Origin: Candidatus Stygibacter australis
GTDB lineage: Bacteria; Cloacimonadota; Cloacimonadia; Cloacimonadales; TCS61
Direction of reading: 5' to 3'
Assembly: GCA_030765845.1 (NCBI GenBank)
Contig: JAVCDJ010000203.1
Coordinates: 12,942-76,941, forward strand
DNA: 64,000 nt
The number at the start of each line of letters is the position of its first letter. The stretch's first letter is position 1. Below the pieces are notes generated by a model. That model made no database searches and was not told the origin of the DNA. It was given only the letters and a program-made list of their open reading frames with translations. Both the position numbers and the translations under genes were made by a program. Shown here in pieces: positions 18,841 through 26,216 of this stretch.

Positions 18841-19743
18841 TTATGAAGATTTTTCTAGTAAAATATTTGATTTACGTGCCATACGCCTTGCTTTATCAGA
18901 GAAGATGATAATACCGGCAATGATAATCGTGATACCAATGATTTCTAATTTTCCTGGTAGATAACCAGGAAGAATGATCATCTGGATAAAAATAGGCATG
19001 GCAATGAAAGTGGCATTAAAATGGGGAATAAATTGCGAAGCATTAACTCTACGGCTGTAGGCATGCTGAGTGATCAGCAACGATGCAGTGGAAGCAGCAA
19101 AACTTAAGAGAAATAAGACCCAGCCCGTTGTATGCATGGGAAATACACCACTATGAAAAGAGAAATTTTGTCCCGTAGCTTTCAAAATGGGATCAAGGCA
19201 GGCGATTAAACCCGCAATCAGACCAGAGATCATAGCATCAATAAAGATATGTTTACTTCTGACTGCTATTTTTAAAAGTATCGGAGTTAGAATAATTACT
19301 GCCAGCAGAAGATAGATAAGATTTGTCAGTTTCACCATTTCCATTACAACAGGTTTTGAATCCCGGGCAGCAATTCCCAGTAAGCAACTGCCGATTATGA
19401 TTATAATGATTCCCAGCCAGTTATGCAATGAAGTTTTTTCATGCATCACATATCGAGTGAATAGCAGCATGGGCAGCATCCCAATACCATACATGGCAGT
19501 GAAATAAGAAATTGTACCATATCTGGCTGCCAGAATCACAAATACCACACAGGCATTGGATAGAACGATACCAAGGATATAGACAAAATCATTACGGGAA
19601 AGCCTTTCATGAGGGGTTTTACCCGAAATATTCACTAGCAGTCGATCATAGGAGTGAATACCTAATCTTTGCAGACTACGGGCAAAATGGAGAATAATTG
19701 AATATATTATTCCCAGACTGATAACGATTAAGTTATTACTCAA
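18841..19743 (-). CDS. Polytopic membrane protein, DMT-superfamily (EamA/NIPA-like) transporter
   Basis: 300 aa with ~9-10 hydrophobic helices in two similar halves. No soluble domain. The family call is tentative. Confidence 0.4.
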   Translation of the reverse strand: MSNNLIVISLGIIYSIILHFARSLQRLGIHSYDRLLVNISGKTPHERLSRNDFVYILGIVLSNACVVFVILAARYGTISYFTAMYGIGMLPMLLFTRYVMHEKTSLHNWLGIIIIIIGSCLLGIAARDSKPVVMEMVKLTNLIYLLLAVIILTPILLKIAVRSKHIFIDAMISGLIAGLIACLDPILKATGQNFSFHSGVFPMHTTGWVLFLLSFAASTASLLITQHAYSRRVNASQFIPHFNATFIAMPIFIQMIILPGYLPGKLEIIGITIIIAGIIIFSDKARRMARKSNILLEKSS

Positions 19744-19893
19744 TAAAACACCTCTTACTAATAAACTTAGAGAAATTAATGATTTACAAAACCAATGATT
19801 TTCTGCTGAAAACGTTGAACAGATACGAGGGATCGTAGTAATGCGTCAAGGATTTTGAGAAGTTAGTAAAACTGATGGTTTATTCCTGAAAAG

Positions 19894-19931
19894 TGTTCGG
19901 TGCTGAACGCGCAGGTGTTCGCTGGCGTACA
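19894..19931 (+). promoter_or_regulatory. Dual palindromic upstream activator sites (putative bEBP binding), cassette 1
   Basis: TGTTCGGTGCTGAACG (19894-19909) and TGTTCGCTGGCGTACA (19916-19931) are 22 bp apart centre to centre. They fit the pattern T-GTWC-N6-GWAC-R. An IHF-like TATCAGtcatTTA lies at 19966-19978. Confidence 0.6.
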
Positions 19932-19983
19932 GTATTAATTGAGAGCTAATTCCTAAGATACTAATTATCAGTCATTTATGGTT

Positions 19984-19999
19984 TGGCACGGTTATTGCA
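19984..19999 (+). promoter_or_regulatory. Sigma-54 (-24/-12) promoter, cassette 1
   Basis: TGGCACGgttaTTGCA is an exact match to the TGGCACG-N4-TTGCW consensus. It lies 35 nt upstream of the smORF A ATG. Confidence 0.8.
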
Positions 20000-20033
20000 T
20001 TAAGATATAGTATAATGTGATGGAGGCAGAAAG

Positions 20034-20105
20034 ATGAAAAAGATGAAAAAGAGTATTTTAGCTAGATGGAATGAAAGAAAAGCAAGATTTGGAGGTACAC
20101 GATGA
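20034..20105 (+). CDS. Micro-protein A (23 aa) MKKMKKSILARWNERKARFGGTR
   Basis: GGAGG at 20022-20026 sits 7 nt before the ATG. The nucleotide sequence is identical in all three cassettes. The stop overlaps the start of smORF B (ATGA). Confidence 0.65.
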   Translation: MKKMKKSILARWNERKARFGGTR

Positions 20106-20167
20106 AGCACACTAAACTCGTAAGTAAGTGGAATGAGCGTCGTAATCGTTATGTAGGAAGGCGGTAA
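20102..20167 (+). CDS. Micro-protein B (21 aa) MKHTKLVSKWNERRNRYVGRR
   Basis: GGAGG at 20091-20095 sits 6 nt before the ATG. It is a paralogue of A (shared xxWNER[KR]xR[FY]xG). Differences between copies are mostly synonymous. Confidence 0.65.
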   Translation: MKHTKLVSKWNERRNRYVGRR

Positions 20168-20194
20168 TGAGACGGGCTCAGAAAATCCCCTAAT

Positions 20195-20227
20195 CCGGTA
20201 AAAATTCTAATTTTTACCGGTTTTTTA
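20195..20227 (+). terminator. Intrinsic terminator, cassette 1
   Basis: A 10-bp stem ccggtaaaaa / tttttaccgg with loop ttctaa, followed by TTTTTT. Confidence 0.8.
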
Positions 20228-20412
20228 TTTCCTAAATAATATTCCAAGATAAGTGCAATTTCATTTAGAGGCAACCTCCCAGTTCTCCTTATCAATTTCA
20301 ATGATTTTCAAATTCATGTAATTTAATTATTCTGTAGAAATAAGAAAGAGATGTAATAACAATTCAAAGATTTTGAGTGATTAGTAAATTATGCCGGATA
20401 ATCCCATAAAAG

Positions 20413-20450
20413 TGTTCGGTGCTGAACGAGCAGGTGTACGCTGGCGTACA
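20413..20450 (+). promoter_or_regulatory. Dual palindromic upstream activator sites, cassette 2
   Basis: TGTTCGGTGCTGAACG (20413-20428) and the perfect 16-bp palindrome TGTACGCTGGCGTACA (20435-20450). An IHF-like TATCAGcagcTTA lies at 20485-20497. Confidence 0.6.
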
Positions 20451-20502
20451 GTATTAATTTTGGGTAAAATCTTAAGATACTAATTATCAGCAGCTTATGG
20501 TT

Positions 20503-20518
20503 TGGCACGGTTCTTGCA
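20503..20518 (+). promoter_or_regulatory. Sigma-54 (-24/-12) promoter, cassette 2
   Basis: TGGCACGgttcTTGCA. Confidence 0.8.
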
Positions 20519-20552
20519 TTAAGATATAGTATAATGTGATGGAGGCAGAAAG

Positions 20553-20624
20553 ATGAAAAAGATGAAAAAGAGTATTTTAGCTAGATGGAATGAAAGAAAA
20601 GCAAGATTTGGAGGTACACGATGA
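20553..20624 (+). CDS. Micro-protein A, copy 2 (23 aa, identical)
   Basis: Same 72-nt sequence and Shine-Dalgarno as copy 1. Confidence 0.65.
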   Translation: MKKMKKSILARWNERKARFGGTR

Positions 20625-20686
20625 AGCACACTAAACTAGTAAGCAAGTGGAATGAGCGTCGTAATCGTTATGTAGGAAGGCGGTAA
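20621..20686 (+). CDS. Micro-protein B, copy 2 (21 aa, identical protein)
   Basis: Differs from copy 1 only by synonymous changes: CTC>CTA (Leu6) and AGT>AGC (Ser8). Confidence 0.65.
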   Translation: MKHTKLVSKWNERRNRYVGRR

Positions 20687-20712
20687 TGAGACGGGCTCAG
20701 AAAATCCCCTAA

Positions 20713-20747
20713 TCCGGTAAAAATTCTAATTTTTACCGGATTTTTTA
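20713..20747 (+). terminator. Intrinsic terminator, cassette 2
   Basis: Stem tccggtaaaaa / tttttaccgga followed by TTTTTT. Confidence 0.8.
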
Positions 20748-21093
20748 TGGTCATATTCTGAGAATATGTGCTTCTAATTTGCCGGCAGATATTGATATTG
20801 CGCAGGTTTGATCTTTAGCTCAATTGTCGCTTCCCGGTTCACTTTATTAATTTCAATGATTTTTACAAACTAATTTCTCAATTTATCATTATTATTGGAT
20901 ACAGCATTTGAGAAAAAACATGAAAAGTCAAGCTCAGCCAGCAAAAAAATAAGCAATTCAAACAATATCCACTTACTCGATGAGATACATCTATTCATGT
21001 TATTGAAATATTCTGAAGAAATAAGAAAGAGATCGTAATGACAGATCAAGGGTTTGAGCGGTAAGACAATTATGACAGTTTATTCCCCTAAAG

Positions 21094-21131
21094 TGTTCGG
21101 TGTTGAACGAGCAGGTGTACGCAGGCGCACA
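21094..21131 (+). promoter_or_regulatory. Dual palindromic upstream activator sites, cassette 3
   Basis: TGTTCGGTGTTGAACG (21094-21109) and TGTACGCAGGCGCACA (21116-21131), with the same 22-bp offset. Confidence 0.55.
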
Positions 21132-21183
21132 GTATTAATTGATGGAAAATCTCTAAGACACTAATTAACAATAACTTATGGTT

Positions 21184-21199
21184 TGGCACGGTTCTTGCA
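21184..21199 (+). promoter_or_regulatory. Sigma-54 (-24/-12) promoter, cassette 3
   Basis: TGGCACGgttcTTGCA. Confidence 0.8.
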
Positions 21200-21233
21200 T
21201 TAGTATATAGTATAATGTGATGGAGGCAAAAAG

Positions 21234-21305
21234 ATGAAAAAGATGAAAAAGAGTATTTTAGCTAGATGGAATGAAAGAAAAGCAAGATTTGGAGGTACAC
21301 GATGA
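21234..21305 (+). CDS. Micro-protein A, copy 3 (23 aa, identical)
   Basis: Same 72-nt sequence as the other copies. The Shine-Dalgarno GGAGG is retained. Confidence 0.65.
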   Translation: MKKMKKSILARWNERKARFGGTR

Positions 21306-21367
21306 AGCACACTAAACTTGTAAGCAAGTGGAATGAGCGTCGTAATCGTTATGCCGGAAAGCGGTAA
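21302..21367 (+). CDS. Micro-protein B, copy 3 (21 aa) MKHTKLVSKWNERRNRYAGKR
   Basis: The Leu6 codon is CTT, a third synonymous variant. There are two conservative replacements near the C-terminus (V18A, R20K). Confidence 0.6.
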   Translation: MKHTKLVSKWNERRNRYAGKR

Positions 21368-21392
21368 TGAGACGGCCCAGAAAAATCCCTAA

Positions 21393-21430
21393 TCCGGTAA
21401 AAATCAATAGTTTTTACCGGATTTTTTTTT
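21393..21430 (+). terminator. Intrinsic terminator, cassette 3
   Basis: Stem tccggtaaaaa / tttttaccgga with loop tcaatag, followed by a T9 run. Confidence 0.8.
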
Positions 21431-21562
21431 GGATAATATGCTGAAATAATATAGTATCTTAATGTGCTGCTGATGAAAAATATCTGAAATTTATTCAATG
21501 TTTATTGACTTATGCCATATAATTTATTCAATTTGCCTGATTAATTACGGAGGAAAAGAAAT

Positions 21563-22528
21563 ATGAAAATTAGCTGGATTTTAATAATATCAATACTGAT
21601 AAACTGGGGAGTGGTTATGGCTGATACAGCAGAAATATTGCCTGGAAGCGGACCAGGAAGTTATGAGATAAAATCAGATACTTCTGAAGTACGACTGAAT
21701 TTTGAATATTTTGGTGAAAATATATTGATTCGCGGGAAAATGCAGGGCAAAGAAGTAAAATTTCTGATTGATAACGGTTCCTTGTGGGATCAAGTCTGGT
21801 TTTATGCTGGTGAGGATGAGACAATTGGCTTGCGGTATAAGGACGATGAGGAGCATTCTGTGACCGGTATCGGAAAAGATGGTGGTTCTTCAATCTATGA
21901 TGGTGAAGATATAGATATAGATTTTGGTGAGATCATCTTCCATGAGCAACCCTGCCTGATATCTCCACCCGAATCAGGATTTGGAGATTATTTTCCCGGT
22001 GTCGCTGGACAGGTATGTTCATTGTTTTTTAAACATTTTGTCGTAAAATTTGATTTTGAGAATATGAAAATTATTCTCACAAAACCAGAGGAATTTGAAT
22101 TTTCCGGCACTGGTGCTGCTCTGCCCATGAGTCCTGTTGGAGGTGATTCATATAGCGTACCATTTAGAATAACTACTGCTGAGGACGTGGAGATAGATAT
22201 CAATCTTGATATTGATCTGGGTACTATTTATAATTTCTACCTGATTGAAAATGAATCTTATGGGATCAAAATACCAGTGGGAGTAGAAAAAACCTTGATC
22301 GGTTATGGAGCCTCAGGAGCATTATATGGTTACCAGGGAGTGCTCAAAAAAGTGCAGCTCGGAGATTTTACGCTGCAGGATATTCCGGCAGAATTTGTGC
22401 AAGCCGATGCTAGTTTAGATAACTCTATAGTTAAGTTAGGCACATTTGGCCTACCATTGATGAAGAGATTTAATATCACTTTTGATTATTTCAATAAAGT
22501 GATGTATTTTGAGAAAAGACCAGAATAA
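21563..22528 (+). CDS. Secreted protein, possible bilobal retropepsin-like aspartyl-protease fold
   Basis: Signal peptide 'MKISWILIISILINWGVVMA'. Two D-x-G-[ST] motifs sit in hydrophobic contexts ('KFLIDNGSLWD', 'DIDLGTIYNF'). The first is DNGS rather than the canonical DTGA/DSGA, so activity is uncertain. Confidence 0.35.
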   Translation: MKISWILIISILINWGVVMADTAEILPGSGPGSYEIKSDTSEVRLNFEYFGENILIRGKMQGKEVKFLIDNGSLWDQVWFYAGEDETIGLRYKDDEEHSVTGIGKDGGSSIYDGEDIDIDFGEIIFHEQPCLISPPESGFGDYFPGVAGQVCSLFFKHFVVKFDFENMKIILTKPEEFEFSGTGAALPMSPVGGDSYSVPFRITTAEDVEIDINLDIDLGTIYNFYLIENESYGIKIPVGVEKTLIGYGASGALYGYQGVLKKVQLGDFTLQDIPAEFVQADASLDNSIVKLGTFGLPLMKRFNITFDYFNKVMYFEKRPE

Positions 22529-22638
22529 TAAACTATTATTTGAAAATATTATCCCTCAATATACCGATAAATATACCCTTATGCTATTAACTGAAATGTT
22601 AAGATCATTATCTGAAGCAAGCAGAAAATCTTCAGGTG

Positions 22639-22690
22639 GAACAACAAAGCACATAGTGACATTAAAATGTGAGTACGTGCTTTGTTGTTC
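22639..22690 (+). repeat. REP-like hairpin element, copy B
   Basis: 14-bp arms gaacaacaaagcac / gtgctttgttgttc around atagtgacattaaaatgtgagtac. The loop core agtgacattaaaatgtgagt is identical to copy A (reverse complement). Confidence 0.7.
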
Positions 22691-22890
22691 AGGTTCATTG
22701 CCGCTTGAGTCTATTATGTGATTCTAACTTACTATTATTATAGTAGTTAAGTGTGGTTTGAAGGATGATCATAGTGAAACAATTATCTTTTAGGTTATTT
22801 ATTTGGCATAATTAACTATTCAGATAAATTTATCTTGACTAATTAGTTAATTTTTCTATTTGTTGTCTCAGATGAATTAAGGAGGCAAAT

Positions 22891-23370
22891 ATGGAAGTAT
22901 TCAGTAAAGTAAACAAAGTTAAATTACCAGAGATGAAGGTTGTGTCATCGCACAGAGTGAGTGAAAATCCTGAGGAAGAGGTGATAGAATTTTTGTGCAG
23001 CTGGATGCAGTCAAAAGGATTTGATCTGGAAAAGCAGCGTGGGTTTGGATTTGATATTCCAGTATCGGATGAGGAATTATCAGCAGGTAAGAGAGGTTAT
23101 GAATATTTGATAACCGTTGATAAGGAAGTGGAATGTGATCCGGGAATAGAGTTTAAGACTATAGCAGCAGATAATTATGCTTTGATGCGGATATCTGAGC
23201 CATTTGAGGCACCTTTTGAAAGGATCGGCAATGGCTGGCGGATACTTGTGGGAGAAGCGAGTAAACTAAAAAATGAAGATAACAGTTGTGATTGCGATGG
23301 CAGGTATTGTCTGGAAGAGGTGATCATTGAGGGTGATGCCACCTATATGGATCTATATTTGCCAATTTAG
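22891..23370 (+). CDS. GyrI-like / effector-binding-domain small protein
   Basis: 159 aa. The size and pattern fit stand-alone GyrI-like ligand-binding domains ('LPEMKVVSSHRV...PEEEVIEFLCSWM...YEYLITV...YALMRISEPF...IGNGWRIL'). The call is by pattern only. Confidence 0.4.
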   Translation: MEVFSKVNKVKLPEMKVVSSHRVSENPEEEVIEFLCSWMQSKGFDLEKQRGFGFDIPVSDEELSAGKRGYEYLITVDKEVECDPGIEFKTIAADNYALMRISEPFEAPFERIGNGWRILVGEASKLKNEDNSCDCDGRYCLEEVIIEGDATYMDLYLPI

Positions 23371-23461
23371 GAGAAGGAATCAACGAATATCGTTAATAAT
23401 AAGCTGAGTGAAGAAAAACCGCTAATATTTAAGTTTATTGGGATAGTTAAATAACTCTCTT

Positions 23462-23648
23462 ATTAACCACCAGTTTCAACTGGTGGACTAGCTGAGCAAT
23501 CACAGAAATTAGTGGCTTCAGCCACTTTGTATGAATTACAGCAATGAAGTTATAATATGTCTTATAATTATATATATCATAACGAGAAGTCACTGAAGTG
23601 ATTAATTATTAGTAAATTACATCTACCACCAATTGAAATTGATGGTTA
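23462..23648. repeat. Nested-palindrome (MITE-like) element
   Basis: Four local palindromes are present: ccaccagtt-tc-aactggtgg (23467-23486), agtggct-tc-agccact (23511-23526), gtcact-ga-agtgat (23589-23602) and ccaccaatt-ga-aattgatgg (23626-23645). The outer pair and the inner pair are also inverted copies of each other (attaaccaccagtttcaactggtgg vs the reverse complement attaaccatcaatttcaattggtgg). Confidence 0.55.
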
Positions 23649-23700
23649 ATGAGATAAAACAGTACTTGACTTTTCATTTAGCAGTTTGAAATAAAGCTTA

Positions 23701-24927
23701 ATGAAAAAGTTTGCAGATTTTATAGCGTTGAGGTATTTGAAGGGACACGGCAGGTTTGTATTGAGTTTTTCAAATTTGTTGAGCTTGATAGGGATTTGTT
23801 TGGGGGTTTTTTCGTTACTTACTGTGATCAGCGTAATGAATGGTTTTGATAGCGATATTCGGCAGCGGATAACCGCTTTCAGGAGCGATGTGAAAATCAG
23901 CCGAACCGGTGGAGAACCACTTTCAAACTATAATGAACTGGCAAAAAAAGTTGAACAATATGATTATATCAGTCATGCTACCCCAATCATCAGTAATGAA
24001 CTTCTTATTCAGAGCCAGGATGGCATTTATGGTGGAGTGTGTATGGGTATAGATTTTGAGAGCTATTCAGCAGGGACGAATCTGAAAGACCGGATCATGA
24101 TAGGCAATCCAGACAGCGAAAGCCTGAATGATAATGGGATAATATTAGGTTTTGATCTGGCAATGAACCTGAATGTATCAGTTCGAGACTATATTCAATT
24201 ATCCGCGCCAGTAGGCACAGAGGCAACGCCTTTTGGTCTGCTTCCACGCAGTCGTCGATTCAAGGTGGTGGGGATCTTCAGTTCGGGAATACCGGATTAT
24301 GATCTACATTACTGTTATTACAGTCTGGGAGCTGGACAATACTTTAGCGGGTCTGGAGATATAGTTGATATGCTTGAAGTGCGGACAGAGAATGCAGACA
24401 GGGCATGGTATTACCGCAAGATGCTGGCAAAGGAACTGGGAGATGAGTATCGGGTGGAAGACTGGAGTGATTATGAGGCAAACCTATTTAATGCCATCAA
24501 GATGGAGAAGGTTTTAATGATCCTGGTATTATCACTGATCATTATTCTGGCAGGATTTAATATGGCAGGAAATCTGAATCGCCTGGTAACAGAAAAGAAG
24601 CGCGATATTGGGATATTGCAGGCATTTGGAGTAAATGGCAAAGTGATCAGGCAAATATTTATTAGTTCCAGTTTTTATATTGGGGTTTCCGGAATATTGC
24701 TCGGACTTGGCATCGCTTATGCTTTTTTGCAATCTCAAATGAAATGGGAATTTATCAAGATCCCGATAAGTGGATTTCCGATCCAGGAATTGCCGGTTGA
24801 TATCCGGCTGGCAGATTTCATTATTATCCCGATTCTGGCATTAGTCATCACGCTATTATCAGCCATGGTACCGGCGGCACGTAGCAGGGAAGTATCAACT
24901 ATAGAAATAATCAGGAACAGGGGATAA
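23701..24927 (+). CDS. LolC/LolE-family lipoprotein-releasing ABC transporter permease (single FtsX module)
   Basis: The N-terminus 'FIALRYLKGHGRF...LLSLIGICLGVFSLLTVISVMNGFDSDIRQRI' is typical of LolC/E. A periplasmic domain follows, then the C-terminal FtsX 3-TM module with 'KRDIGILQAFG'. Confidence 0.8.
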   Translation: MKKFADFIALRYLKGHGRFVLSFSNLLSLIGICLGVFSLLTVISVMNGFDSDIRQRITAFRSDVKISRTGGEPLSNYNELAKKVEQYDYISHATPIISNELLIQSQDGIYGGVCMGIDFESYSAGTNLKDRIMIGNPDSESLNDNGIILGFDLAMNLNVSVRDYIQLSAPVGTEATPFGLLPRSRRFKVVGIFSSGIPDYDLHYCYYSLGAGQYFSGSGDIVDMLEVRTENADRAWYYRKMLAKELGDEYRVEDWSDYEANLFNAIKMEKVLMILVLSLIIILAGFNMAGNLNRLVTEKKRDIGILQAFGVNGKVIRQIFISSSFYIGVSGILLGLGIAYAFLQSQMKWEFIKIPISGFPIQELPVDIRLADFIIIPILALVITLLSAMVPAARSREVSTIEIIRNRG

Positions 24928-25410
24928 ATGATGAACGAAGCAGGATTAAAAGCCCGGGAACTTGGCAGTGATTATTATTTGAAATATGGGATATGTTCGC
25001 AGTGCGTGATCGCATCTGTAATGGAAGTGATGGATATAGATCTGGGAGAATTGCTGAAATCAGCACATTTTCTGGCTGGAGGCGGCTGTCTGATGGGAGA
25101 TGGCAACTGTGGAGCCCTGGCAGCAGGAGAACTTGTATTGGGAGCTTTTCTGGGAAGGACACGGGAAGAATTTGAATTGGGTAAGTTTAAGGAACGTCTA
25201 TTGCCTGGAAAGCAGCTTGTGGAGAAATTTCAGCAGAAATACGGTGGTGTAAGCTGTAATTGGTTCAGGCAGAAGTTTGCTGGAAACGAATTTGATATGT
25301 GGCAGGATGCTCATGTTGATATATATAAGAAAAAGATGAAAGAATCCTGTGCAGAGATAACCGGGACAGTAGCTGAATGGGTTGTGGAGATCATTACTGA
25401 TCTGGAATAA
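24928..25410 (+). CDS. C_GCAxxG_C_C family redox-active protein
   Basis: 'CSQCV...GGGCLMGDGNCGALAAGELVLG...GGVSC' matches the C-GCAxxG-C-C signature. Confidence 0.75.
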   Translation: MMNEAGLKARELGSDYYLKYGICSQCVIASVMEVMDIDLGELLKSAHFLAGGGCLMGDGNCGALAAGELVLGAFLGRTREEFELGKFKERLLPGKQLVEKFQQKYGGVSCNWFRQKFAGNEFDMWQDAHVDIYKKKMKESCAEITGTVAEWVVEIITDLE

Positions 25411-25484
25411 GATATTTTTACTGGTTTCAGAGGACTGAGTGGACATAATGTTGAGATGGAAGCGCGAATAGTTAAGGAGATAAT

Positions 25485-26204
25485 ATGAAAATACAGGTTT
25501 TATATGATAATACAATTTCCGAGAGCGGTTATCTGCCGGGTTGGGGCTTCAGTTGCCTGATTGACGGAAGGATACTTTTTGATACCGGTGAGCATTCAGA
25601 GATACTGTTTCATAATATGGAGATGATGAAGATAAGTGTTGAACAGATCGAGAAGGTGGTGATTTCGCATGATCACTATGACCATCGGGATGGATTGTGG
25701 CAATTGCTGAAACTTAAGAATGGATTGCCAGTTTATATTTGTGAGGGATTCAGCGATGTAACTAAAGCGAAGATCGAAATTCATGGCGGCATATTGCATA
25801 TATTGAATGATAACCTGAGACTGGGTCAGGAAAAGGATATTTTCTTGTTTGGTGGATTTGAATTTGAATATAAGGGTGAGAAAATGGTTGAACAATGCCT
25901 GGTATTAACAACACAAAATGGTGTCACCGTAATAGCTGGCTGTTCTCATCCCGGAATTGTCAAAATGGTCAAGCGTGTTCATCGATTAATGGGAGGAAAG
26001 CCCCTGTATCTGGCAGCGGGAGGATTCCATCTGAAAGACAGCAGTGAACAGGAGATAGAGGAAATAGTGAAAGAGCTGCAAGCTATCGGCATCCAGAAAA
26101 TGGCTCCTACTCATTGCACTGGAGCGATGGCTCAGGACATCTTCAAGTATTATTTTCAGGAAAACTGCTTGAGTCTGGGAGCTGGTAAAGAGCTAATAAT
26201 TTAG
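25485..26204 (+). CDS. MBL-fold metallo-hydrolase
   Basis: 'VVISHDHYDHRDG' (HxHxDH), a later 'GCSHPG', and 'PTHCTG'. Confidence 0.8.
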   Translation: MKIQVLYDNTISESGYLPGWGFSCLIDGRILFDTGEHSEILFHNMEMMKISVEQIEKVVISHDHYDHRDGLWQLLKLKNGLPVYICEGFSDVTKAKIEIHGGILHILNDNLRLGQEKDIFLFGGFEFEYKGEKMVEQCLVLTTQNGVTVIAGCSHPGIVKMVKRVHRLMGGKPLYLAAGGFHLKDSSEQEIEEIVKELQAIGIQKMAPTHCTGAMAQDIFKYYFQENCLSLGAGKELII

Positions 26205-26216
26205 GAAAACAGGATC

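Larger units (their letters stand above)
19776..21430 (+). repeat. Tandem triplication of a ~450-bp sigma-54 micro-protein cassette (periods 519 and 681 bp)
   Basis: Three collinear units share an upstream block (..aatgattt.caaa..), a dual UAS, a 52-nt spacer, a sigma-54 promoter, a 5' UTR, two smORFs and a terminator. The promoter TGG positions are 19984, 20503 and 21184. Confidence 0.9.

Noticed and set aside
20920-20952. 10-aa ORF (MKSQAQPAKK) inside the ~160-bp insertion between cassettes 2 and 3.
   Set aside because: It is present in only one spacer. It has no convincing SD and is too short to evaluate.
19776-21430. Could the tandem repeats be a CRISPR array or a satellite?
   Set aside because: The units are 519-681 bp, far larger than CRISPR repeat-spacer units. 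Each contains a full promoter, two SD-led ORFs and a terminator.
21505-21540. TTGACT / TATAAT-like hexamers upstream of the 21563 gene as a sigma-70 promoter.
   Set aside because: The hexamers are only ~7 nt apart, far from the 17-nt optimum. The promoter consensus for this lineage is unknown to me.
22509-22721. 70-aa ORF overlapping the end of the 21563-22528 gene.
   Set aside because: It spans REP-like copy B, so the hairpin arms would be translated. It has no RBS and is probably spurious.
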